Assembly (NCBI GenBank): GCA_002897775.1 | Contig: BDTR01000025.1 | Span: 454-64,453 of the forward strand | DNA length: 64,000 bases | Direction: 5' to 3' | Source: a bacterium BMS3Bbin08 | GTDB lineage: Bacteria; Nitrospirota; Thermodesulfovibrionia; UBA6902; BMS3Bbin08 | Part shown: positions 56,215 through 64,000 of the stretch, piece after piece | How positions within the stretch are numbered: the first letter of the stretch is position 1 | Layout of the letters: each line of letters begins with the position of its first letter | Position numbers and translations under genes: made by a program | Notes under the pieces: model-generated | Database searches by the model: none | What the model was told of the DNA's origin: nothing | Seen by the model: only the letters and a program-made list of their open reading frames with translations

Positions 56215-57650
56215 CTTCCTTTAAGATGGAAGAAAAACTTAAGGGCTTTTTTTACTTTATCCGAGAAGATCTTTCCTGAAAAGAAATTCCCCACAACTCT
56301 CTTGTTGATCTCTGCAAGGGTCGGATAAGAATGAACGGCGGCGGCCAGCTTTGAAAGCTTGACCCCTCCGTTCATCACAGCGACCCACTCGCCAAGCAGT
56401 TCTCCGGCATGCGGCCCCAGGATCTGTATGCCTATTGGTTTATCTTTTTTATCCAGGAGCATTTTCACCTTACCGACCTCCTCACCCTCCGCAAGGCTCC
56501 TGTCATTGGCCCTGAATTGCTCTGTCCAGACCGAGTACTGAATCCCGGCGGCCCCGGCGCTTTTTTCGTTCATCCCTATGCTCGCGAGTTCCGGGTCTGT
56601 ATACGTGCACCAGGGAAGATAAGTGTAGTCTGTTTTTCGGGGCAAATGAAGGATAGCGTTGCTGAGCACGATTCCTCCCTCATAACCGGCAGCATGAGTA
56701 AACTGATACGCTCCGGTGACATCGCCCGCGGCATAGATATGCTTGTGGTCTGTCCTGAGCCTGCTGTCCAGCTTAAGGCCCTTCTTATCAAAGTCCATTG
56801 AGATCCCGTCAAGCCCAAGTCCCTGGAGGTTCGCCTGTCTTCCCAGGGCTATAAGGATCTTCTCAGCCTTAAGGCTTATGGTCCTGCCTTCTTTGTTCCT
56901 GATAACGATCTCCTTTTCACTGCCCAGGTCTTTTGCGCCAAGTATTGAGGAGTTCAGGTGAAATTCCACTCCCTCGGAGATCATGACATTCATAAGCTGG
57001 TCAGCCATGTCCTTATCCTCTTTACTTAATATCTGGCCGCTTCTCTGAACCACAATGACCTTTGTGCCAAGTCGGCTGAACGACTGGGCCATCTCAATTG
57101 CTATAGGGCCCGCGCCTATAGCGATCATGCTCTTTGGAAGACTGTCAAGGGAGAATATCTCTTTATTAGTGATAAACGGGGTGTCATTGATACCCTCTAT
57201 CGGCGGGACAGACGGAGAAGAACCTGTTGCAATGACCCAGTTCTTCGCCGAATATGTCTTGCCGTTAAGGCGTACAGAATATTCGTCCGCGAAAACAGCA
57301 TCCCCGAACTCGACCTTTACCCCAAGTTTACAGAACCTCTCTTCAGAATCATGCTTCTGTATCGTTCTTATCACCGATTGTATCCTCTTTGCCACTTCTT
57401 TATAATCAACCGGTTTAAGATCGGTTTTGGGAAGGCCGTACCTTTCGGCATTTTTCATTAAATGGTAGACATAAGCGGTTCTTATGAGCGTCTTGCTGGG
57501 AACACAACCGTAATGCAGACAGTCCCCTCCAAGCTCTTTTTCTTTTTCGATCAGGAGTGTTCGGGCCCCGAACTGGCTCGCTCCGGCAGCGATCGTGAGT
57601 CCGGCTGAACCTCCGCCTAAAATGCCTATGTCATAATCATGATCCGGCAT
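56202..57650 (-). CDS. class I pyridine nucleotide-disulfide oxidoreductase (dihydrolipoyl dehydrogenase / mercuric reductase-like)
   Basis: 482 aa. GGGSAG FAD motif, redox disulfide GGDCLHYGCVPSK, C-terminal dimerisation domain. Confidence 0.85.
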   Translation of the reverse strand: MPDHDYDIGILGGGSAGLTIAAGASQFGARTLLIEKEKELGGDCLHYGCVPSKTLIRTAYVYHLMKNAERYGLPKTDLKPVDYKEVAKRIQSVIRTIQKHDSEERFCKLGVKVEFGDAVFADEYSVRLNGKTYSAKNWVIATGSSPSVPPIEGINDTPFITNKEIFSLDSLPKSMIAIGAGPIAIEMAQSFSRLGTKVIVVQRSGQILSKEDKDMADQLMNVMISEGVEFHLNSSILGAKDLGSEKEIVIRNKEGRTISLKAEKILIALGRQANLQGLGLDGISMDFDKKGLKLDSRLRTDHKHIYAAGDVTGAYQFTHAAGYEGGIVLSNAILHLPRKTDYTYLPWCTYTDPELASIGMNEKSAGAAGIQYSVWTEQFRANDRSLAEGEEVGKVKMLLDKKDKPIGIQILGPHAGELLGEWVAVMNGGVKLSKLAAAVHSYPTLAEINKRVVGNFFSGKIFSDKVKKALKFFFHLKGRACG

Positions 57651-57663
57651 AACAGCTTCCGTT

Positions 57664-57759
57664 TAAGTTATTTAGTCATTTAGTTATTGAGTCATTCCGC
57701 TTTGCTATTATTGAGTCCTCTTATTAATGACATAATGACTTATTAACTCAATGACTAAT
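57664..57759. repeat. two opposed 8-nt periodic arrays (TTAGTCAT-type on the left, TGACTTAT-type on the right)
   Basis: Left array: TAAGTTAT TTAGTCAT TTAGTTAT TGAGTCAT. Right array: TGACATAA TGACTTAT TAACTCAA TGACTAAT. The region fills the spacer between the TVP38 stop and the oxidoreductase start. Confidence 0.65.
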
Positions 57760-58453
57760 ATTGTTTTTCTTTTCTTGATTTATACAGCGCCATTAATTTC
57801 TTTACTGCTATCGGGAAAAGCCCGAGAATAACAAAAGACAGGATCAGGCCCGGGGAAAATATCCCGGAAGGAGAGTCGATCTTTCCAAGCTCTTTCCCTG
57901 CATTCACAAAGACCATGGTGCCGGGAAGCATCCCGATCTGTGATACCCAGAAAAATGTCCTCAGACGCATCTTTGTAAGACCCATTACAAGATTTATAAG
58001 CCAGAAGGGAAACATAGGGATCAGCCGTAAGGTGAACAGATAAAACGGCCCTTCCTTTTCGATCCCCCGGTTAACTGTTTTAAGCTTGTCCCCGAACTTA
58101 CCCTGCATCCAGTCTCTGAGAATAAACCTCGACACAAAGCAGGCCAGTGTAGCACCGATAGTGCTTGAGAAAGAAACAGCAACGGTAGCTACAATAAAAC
58201 CGAAAAGAGCCCCTCCGGCGAGTCCCATTATCACAGCCCCTGGTAAAGACAACGCGGCCATAACGATATAGATCAACATATAAACCGCGATCACGGTAAC
58301 CCGGTGTTCCGCATAGAGGAGATCGAACTTCTCCTGGGACTCTTTAATGTACGCGAGAGAAAAATATTCTCCGAGGTTAAAAACCTTGAAAACCGCGATA
58401 AGAAGAATAATGACCAGAACGATTATTATTTTTTTTACATGTTTCTTATTCAT
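57755..58453 (-). CDS. TVP38/TMEM64 (DedA-related) family membrane protein
   Basis: 232 aa, multi-TM. PGAVIMGLAGGALFG and LRLIPMFPFWLINLVMG motifs. Confidence 0.85.
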   Translation of the reverse strand: MNKKHVKKIIIVLVIILLIAVFKVFNLGEYFSLAYIKESQEKFDLLYAEHRVTVIAVYMLIYIVMAALSLPGAVIMGLAGGALFGFIVATVAVSFSSTIGATLACFVSRFILRDWMQGKFGDKLKTVNRGIEKEGPFYLFTLRLIPMFPFWLINLVMGLTKMRLRTFFWVSQIGMLPGTMVFVNAGKELGKIDSPSGIFSPGLILSFVILGLFPIAVKKLMALYKSRKEKQY

Positions 58454-58623
58454 TAATATTGCTCAGGCAGACTGAAGCAACAGGGTTTTTGGCTTATGAT
58501 ACCTAGGATATCAGAACATTGTGTTTTGTCAATAAACTACAGTTGATATTCTGTAATATATTCATAACAGGCTGTTACGATCGAAAACGTGGTAAACTTG
58601 AAACTCAGGAGGTAAATACCCGG

Positions 58624-59316
58624 TTGTCCGATAAAATAACAGTAATAGTGCCCACGCTCAATGAAGAGAAAACACTTTATAATACGCTGAACCTGCTCAG
58701 TTTGTCGGATAACGAAGAGTTGATAGTGGTAGACGGCGGGAGCAGTGACGGCTCCGTATCCATCGCGCGGAAATTTACTGACAGGGTCTTTGTTACCACG
58801 ACAGGCAAAGGCCGGGGGCACGCGATGAATTACGGGGCGCAGAGAGCAGAAGGAGACATACTTCTTTTTCTCCATGCCGACAGCTCTCTGCCGGACGGCG
58901 CGTTTGATACGGTCCGGGAGGTAATGAAAAACCGCCGTGTCGCGGCAGGGGCGTTTGACATCATTATCGATCATCCCGGCCTGCGTTTCAGGATCATAGA
59001 GGCGGGCGCGAACCTGAGGTCAAGAGGCACTTCCATACCGTACGGAGACCAGGGCATATTTATGAAAAAAGACCGGTTTCACAGCGTGGGCGGATTTGAG
59101 GACCTGCCGATTATGGAAGACATCGCGATATCCAGAAAACTCAGCAAAGAGGGGAAAATAGTTTTTGTCAGGCCTCCCGTTAAAACATCTCCAAGGCGGT
59201 GGCTGAAAGAAGGCGCTGTCTATACAACATTAAGGGACTGGACGATCGCGCTTTCATATTCTTTTTTACGAATATCGCCGTCAGTACTGAAGAAGTATTA
59301 TAGGGACGTAAGATGA
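58624..59316 (+). CDS. family 2 glycosyltransferase of the TIGR04283 type (rSAM/selenodomain-associated transferase 2)
   Basis: VIVPTLNEE, LIVVDGGSSDGS, LLFLHADSSLP, IPYGDQGIFMKK, PIMEDIAISRKL, TSPRRW. I prefer the TTG at 58624, 11 nt after aggagg. The ORF-track start is 58519. Confidence 0.75.
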   Translation: MSDKITVIVPTLNEEKTLYNTLNLLSLSDNEELIVVDGGSSDGSVSIARKFTDRVFVTTTGKGRGHAMNYGAQRAEGDILLFLHADSSLPDGAFDTVREVMKNRRVAAGAFDIIIDHPGLRFRIIEAGANLRSRGTSIPYGDQGIFMKKDRFHSVGGFEDLPIMEDIAISRKLSKEGKIVFVRPPVKTSPRRWLKEGAVYTTLRDWTIALSYSFLRISPSVLKKYYRDVR

Positions 59317-59915
59317 AAAACAAAAATGCCCTCATAATAATCGCGAAATACCCTGAGTTAAATAACGTTATGACTCGTCTTGCCGGCTCAATGCCGGATA
59401 AAAAAAGACTCGTACTTTACATATCTCTTCTGGAAAGTACCGTTCAAAGATTGAGGTCGATACCAGGGGTGGATACATTTATAGCGTACGCTCCGCAAAA
59501 CAGCAAAGAGTATTTTTCTAAATTCAATGTTAAACTGCTTCCGCTCAGCAAAGGGGACCTGGGCGAAAGAATGCTTGACGCCATGAGCAGGGTCCTGGCC
59601 GAAGGGTATGAAAAAACGGCGCTCGCAGGTGTTGATATTCCTGAACTTACAGGTTCAATAATCCTTAAGGCGTTCGAACTGCTGTCAGGCAATGATATAG
59701 TTTACGGCCCGGCCGGAGACGGCGGTTATTACCTTGTAGGCATAAAGAAACCTGTAAAAGAGATCTTCAATGATATTCAGTGGTCTACGGAGCGGACATT
59801 GGAGCAGTGTATGGATAAGGCGAAACAGTTCGGATATAGTGTTGTCTTTACCAAAACCCTCAGTGACGTGGATACGCCGGAAGACCTGGAAAATACGGAC
59901 CTGCCTACATATTGA
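59313..59915 (+). CDS. DUF2064 / TIGR04282-type transferase (rSAM/selenodomain-associated transferase 1)
   Basis: 200 aa. [39 protein letters not shown]. Four-nt overlap with the upstream partner gene. Confidence 0.75.
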   Translation: MKNKNALIIIAKYPELNNVMTRLAGSMPDKKRLVLYISLLESTVQRLRSIPGVDTFIAYAPQNSKEYFSKFNVKLLPLSKGDLGERMLDAMSRVLAEGYEKTALAGVDIPELTGSIILKAFELLSGNDIVYGPAGDGGYYLVGIKKPVKEIFNDIQWSTERTLEQCMDKAKQFGYSVVFTKTLSDVDTPEDLENTDLPTY

Positions 59916-59916
59916 C

Positions 59917-60075
59917 TCTGAACTTCCTCAGCCTTAACGCGTTTGTAACAACGGTGACCGAGGACATGCCCATTGCCGCCGCCGCGAACATGGGATTCAT
60001 AAGTATGCCGAAAAACGGGAAACAGTATGCCCCATACACACCTGAGCAGTTTATTCCTGAAAGCCTCCGTCTCCA
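59917..60075 (-). pseudogene. relic of the 3' end of a heavy-metal P-type ATPase gene (diverged duplicate of copA 61456-61600)
   Basis: The minus-strand translation gives ...WGILFPVF / [30 protein letters not shown] with a 1-nt frameshift. Identical blocks gacatgcccattgccgc (59963-79 and 61511-27) and gccgcgaacatggg are shared. Confidence 0.7.
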
Positions 60076-60342
60076 TATCCACGCGCGTCTATCTCTTTTT
60101 GTATTTTCGTTACTTCTTAGCCACTAAGACACCAATTTTATGAAATTATAAAAATATTTGACAGAATTAATTTGGATATGATTCCCCATTAAATCCGGCA
60201 ATATTGTTAGAATAATTATGGGGTTGGAAAACTGCACACCGGGATCTGTGAGGCAGTTGGGTAACTGGCTGTTCTACCTTGATGACCAACCTTGTTTTTA
60301 AGTAATTATTAAATGTAAACTAAATAATATTGGGGGTATGTA

Positions 60343-60573
60343 ATGGCTATATTGAAATTTAAAAACTTTGAAGATGTGGATAGGCTTGAGAAAGAAGGAA
60401 AAGGTATAAACTGGCGATTTACACCCGACCAGGTTTATCTCAATAAGGTTCTCAGGTTTCAAATCAAGGTTCCATTCCCTCCCGGCGTCTATAAATTTAA
60501 GACTTTTAAAGATGCTGAAATATGGGAAAGGGGATGGTGGGTAAAAAGTGGAGCTGCAAAGAGAACTCGTTAG
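60343..60573 (+). CDS. small hypothetical protein (possible partner of the downstream nucleotidyltransferase-fold gene)
   Basis: 76 aa. Preceded by gggggtatgta. Overlaps the next ORF by 26 nt. No family recognised. Confidence 0.4.
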   Translation: MAILKFKNFEDVDRLEKEGKGINWRFTPDQVYLNKVLRFQIKVPFPPGVYKFKTFKDAEIWERGWWVKSGAAKRTR

Positions 60574-61037
60574 ATTGTGTGCAGCGCTTAACCATGCAGA
60601 GGTAAAATATATAGTAGTTGGAGGGTGTGCTGTTATCCTTCATGGCTACTACAGAACTACTCATGATATTGACCTTATTATAGATCCATCCCCGGAAAGT
60701 ATACGAAAAATGAAGGAAGCGCTTTATGAAATCTTTGGTTCTAAAGAGGTATTTAATATCCATGATGATGATGTGATGCGATATGCTGTTGTCAGGTTTG
60801 CCCCTGAATCGGAAGAGATAGTAATTGACTTTATTGGTAAAATAGGCGATATCTCCTTTGAGACAGCTATTTAAAGATAAAGAAGAAGTAGAGGTTGAAG
60901 GAGTAAATATCCCCGTGTGTGGACTCTCAACGCTTATTGAGACCAAAAAGGGAGTAAGGCCCAAAGACAAAGAAGATTTGCTTTTTCTATTAGGCAAAAA
61001 GGAATATCTTGAAAGACAGCATAGGAATGATACATAA
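60548..61037 (+). pseudogene. nucleotidyltransferase-fold protein with a frameshift near 60846-60874
   Basis: VVGGCAVILHGYYRTTHDIDLII is an NTase-type G..(D)xD motif. The reading frame stops at 60874, but the +1 frame continues as DKEEVEVEGVNIPVCGLSTLIETKKGVRPKDKEDLLFL up to 61037. Confidence 0.5.
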
Positions 61038-61094
61038 ATACTGTTTCGGATATGAACGATTTGTAATTGCTATCAAAAAGAGAGGATTAAAATA

Positions 61095-61406
61095 ATGAAG
61101 GTATCCGCAAGAATTCTTTTAACGACGTTATTGATCGTATTATTTGCAATGTCCACCTACGCCCAGGAGACATTATCGAACGAGCTAAATGCCAAGGCTG
61201 CTACACTTTATCAACAAGGAAGATATTCTGAGGCAGTCAATGTAGTGAAAGAAGCATTGAAAGTTGCCGAAAACACATTTGGGCCAGACCATCCAAATGT
61301 GGCAACCTCCCTGAACAATCTGGCAGGACTTTACAAAGAGATTGGAAAGAAAGATAAAGCGAAAAAATTTGAAGAACGTGCAAAGAGGATTCATTCCGGA
61401 AAATAG
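61095..61406 (+). CDS. small secreted TPR protein
   Basis: 103 aa. Signal peptide and a kinesin-light-chain-type TPR (GPDHPNVATSLNNLAGLY). SD gagagg upstream. Confidence 0.7.
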   Translation: MKVSARILLTTLLIVLFAMSTYAQETLSNELNAKAATLYQQGRYSEAVNVVKEALKVAENTFGPDHPNVATSLNNLAGLYKEIGKKDKAKKFEERAKRIHSGK

Positions 61407-61452
61407 GGGTCTTTTCCTATATCCAGCCTAAAATGAACATGGCCTTTCTTTT

Positions 61453-64000
61453 TTAGAGGCTGAACTTAAACTTCCTAAGCCGCAAGGCATTTGTCACCAC
61501 TGTAACCGACGACATGCCCATTGCCGCTGCCGCGAACATGGGGTTCAGGAGTATTCCAAAAAAGGGAAACAGTATGCCCGCTGCAACCGGAATTAATATT
61601 GTATTGTATGCAAAAGCCCAGAAAAGGTTCTGTCTTATATTTCTGAGTGTAGCTCTGGAAAGCGCTATAGCAACCACCACCCCTCTCAGGTCACCGCTGA
61701 TAAGGGTAATGTCAGAAGCCTCCATGGCAACGTCAGTTCCTGTCCCGATCGCAATACCTATATCGGCCTGCGCAAGCGCCGGCGCGTCATTGATACCGTC
61801 TCCGACCATGGCGACAACTTTATTTTCGGATTGAAGCTTTTTAACTTCTTTTGCCTTGTCCTCAGGAAGCACCTCGGCAAGCACCCTGTCTATGCCGGCC
61901 TGTTTCGCAATAGCCACCGCGGTTCTTTTATTGTCGCCTGTGATCATTACCGTTTCAATGCCTGACTTATCGAGTGACCTGATAGCAGCAAGAGAATTTT
62001 CCTTTAATGTGTCGGCAACAGCTACAATCCCTATGGCAGTCCCATCCACTGCCACATACATTGGTGTCTTCCCTTCACCGGATAATTGTTCGGCTTTTTC
62101 TGCAAGGTCCCTGATGTTTATGTTTTCGTCATCCATAAAATTTGCATTGCCAAGATGAACGGTTTTCCCGTCAATCTTTGCTTTAATCCCATGTCCGGGC
62201 ACGGCTTTAAAGTCAGCAGGATCTTTAAGGCCGACACCTCTCTCCTTTGCTTTCTTTACGATCGATTCTCCAAGGGGGTGCTCCGAGCCTTTTTCAGCAG
62301 AAGCGGCAAATTTCAATATTTCATCAGCCGTCCATTGCTCGCCTCGTGCGAAGCCTACGGGTCCTTCATCCAACGTCAGTATATCAGTTACCTCGGGTTC
62401 TCCTTTTGTAAGGGTGCCTGTCTTGTCAAAAACAACAACATTAATTTTATGGGATATTTCAAGCGCTTCTGCGCCCCTTATTAAGATGCCGTTTTCAGCG
62501 CCTTTGCCAGTGCCTACCATTATTGATGTAGGTGTTGCAAGCCCGAGTGCGCACGGACAGGCAATTATCAGGACAGCTATAAAGTTCAGCAGCGCGTATG
62601 TGAAAGCAGGGGCCGGGCCGAAGAGATACCACACAATAAATGTAATAGAGGCAATTCCCATGACCGCAGGGACAAAGACAGACGCGATCTTATCGACAAG
62701 CCTCGCTATCGGTGGCTTGGATCCCTGCGCCTCCTGAACCATATTTATAATCTGTGAGAGCATCGTATTCCTGCCAACCTTGGTTGCCTCAAATTTAAAT
62801 GAGCCTGTTTTATTTATCGTGGCTCCTATCACTTCATCCCCAGCCTTTTTTTCAACCGGCAGGGACTCACCTGATATCATGGATTCATCCACGGATGAAT
62901 AGCCTTCTTTTAATACACCGTCAACAGGTATTTTCTCTCCGGGCCTGACAAGTACGATATCGCCGATTTCCACATCTTCAATGGGAACATCCTTTTCTTC
63001 CCCGTCTTTGATGATCCTGGCTGTCTTTGCCTGCAGGCCCATAAGCTTTTTTATGGCCTCGGATGTCTGACCCTTTGCCCTTGCCTCAAGCAGTCTTCCC
63101 AGAAGGATGAGAACAATAATAGCGGCAGCTGTATCAAAATAAACCTCAGCCGAATAGCCTTTTATCTCAAAAAGTGAAGGAAAGAATGTAGCGATCACAC
63201 TATATATATATGCTGCAGATGTTCCAACAGCTATCAGGGTGTTCATATTGGTAGTCCTGTGCCGTGCGGCAGCAAAGGCGCCTGCATAGAACTGCCCCCC
63301 TACCCAGAACTGGACCGGTGTCTGAATGAGCAACTGAATAATAAAACCTGTCTGCCTGGGGATATCAATAACTGCGGACAGGCCGATCCTGTCCCGGAAC
63401 ACGAGCAGGAAAAGCGGGATGGTTAACGCCATTCCGGCAAAAAGTTTTGCTTTAAGCTTTTTATATTCATTTTCCCTCTCTATTTTTTCCTTCTCAACTA
63501 TGTCTTCACCCTTTTCAACCTCTATAATCTCATAACCCGCTTCTTTGACAGCCTTTTTAAAATCCCTCATGCCGACCTGCGCAGGCATGTATTCAATCGC
63601 GGCTTTTTCAGTTGCAAAATTCACAGAAACTGAAAAAACTCCGTCTAATGAAGAGAGCGCATCCTGCACTCTCTTTACACACGCGGCACAGCTCATACCT
63701 TTTATGGGGAATGTAATCTTCGAGGCTGAAACACCGTATCCGAGGTCCTTTATGATTTCTATGAATTCATTAACGTCACTTACTGACGGGTTGTAAAAAA
63801 CAGTGGCTTTTTCAGCGGCAAAATTCATTGCGGCATTATCCACACCTTTAAGTTTTAACAGTTCATCCTGTATTTTGGATGCGCAGGATACACATGACAT
63901 GCCTGTTATTGGCAGGTCTATTCTTTTGGCCTGAGAAGAGAACTTTTTTGCAGGAACGATCTGAAGCGGTATGATCTTCTGCCCCGGCTGTAAATACTTC
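61453..64000 (-). CDS. copA: copper-translocating P-type ATPase with at least 2 N-terminal HMA domains (5' end outside the window)
   Basis: GMSCVSC and GMSCAAC HMA motifs, CPC in the TM helix, [15 protein letters not shown]. The frame stays open from 63900 to base 64000, so the true start lies beyond the window. Confidence 0.95.
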   Translation of the reverse strand, partial: KYLQPGQKIIPLQIVPAKKFSSQAKRIDLPITGMSCVSCASKIQDELLKLKGVDNAAMNFAAEKATVFYNPSVSDVNEFIEIIKDLGYGVSASKITFPIKGMSCAACVKRVQDALSSLDGVFSVSVNFATEKAAIEYMPAQVGMRDFKKAVKEAGYEIIEVEKGEDIVEKEKIERENEYKKLKAKLFAGMALTIPLFLLVFRDRIGLSAVIDIPRQTGFIIQLLIQTPVQFWVGGQFYAGAFAAARHRTTNMNTLIAVGTSAAYIYSVIATFFPSLFEIKGYSAEVYFDTAAAIIVLILLGRLLEARAKGQTSEAIKKLMGLQAKTARIIKDGEEKDVPIEDVEIGDIVLVRPGEKIPVDGVLKEGYSSVDESMISGESLPVEKKAGDEVIGATINKTGSFKFEATKVGRNTMLSQIINMVQEAQGSKPPIARLVDKIASVFVPAVMGIASITFIVWYLFGPAPAFTYALLNFIAVLIIACPCALGLATPTSIMVGTGKGAENGILIRGAEALEISHKINVVVFDKTGTLTKGEPEVTDILTLDEGPVGFARGEQWTADEILKFAASAEKGSEHPLGESIVKKAKERGVGLKDPADFKAVPGHGIKAKIDGKTVHLGNANFMDDENINIRDLAEKAEQLSGEGKTPMYVAVDGTAIGIVAVADTLKENSLAAIRSLDKSGIETVMITGDNKRTAVAIAKQAGIDRVLAEVLPEDKAKEVKKLQSENKVVAMVGDGINDAPALAQADIGIAIGTGTDVAMEASDITLISGDLRGVVVAIALSRATLRNIRQNLFWAFAYNTILIPVAAGILFPFFGILLNPMFAAAAMGMSSVTVVTNALRLRKFKFSL

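Noticed and set aside
2393-57759. Short tandem arrays as miniature CRISPR arrays or as coding repeats.
   Set aside because: The units are 7-9 nt and directly abutting, with no spacers, and no cas genes are present. They lie outside credible CDSs.

Overview
This is a gene-dense chromosomal segment with about 58 plausible CDS, from a Gram-negative, probably anaerobic, uncultivated-type bacterium. The taxon is not determinable from the sequence, and I did not compute GC. I recognise no rRNA, tRNA, CRISPR array, transposase or integrase. Housekeeping content: glycogen genes (malQ, GH57, glgB), gatA-gatB, a sigma54 response regulator, moaC, a polyprenyl synthase, mtnA, uvrA, metK-ahcY, dCMP deaminase, yajQ and copA. 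Observations worth follow-up: (1) At least 13 intergenic spacers carry short periodic tandem arrays, mostly 7-nt units. These usually end 10-16 nt before the next start codon. (2) An 8.7-kb envelope cluster (21.8-30.5 kb) contains a tandemly duplicated pair: a TPR plus predicted beta-barrel protein and a secreted FecR-domain protein. It is bracketed by two lipoproteins that share an N-terminal domain. (3) A three-gene reductase / serine-palmitoyltransferase-like / GNAT-like cluster resembles the bacterial ceramide pathway. (4) A soluble PRC-MgtE_N-CBS protein is translationally coupled to a non-canonical NRAMP transporter. (5) There is an in-frame CysE-CysS fusion. (6) The UvrA appears to lack the insertion domain. 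(7) A GC-rich REP-like composite repeat family is present. (8) Several genes are degraded (GGDEF, GH15, DUF547, GT39-like, FAD oxidoreductase, nucleotidyltransferase). A diverged duplicate of the copA 3' end also flanks a 1.4-kb cassette. All functional calls rest on motif recognition from the supplied translations. No database search was run.
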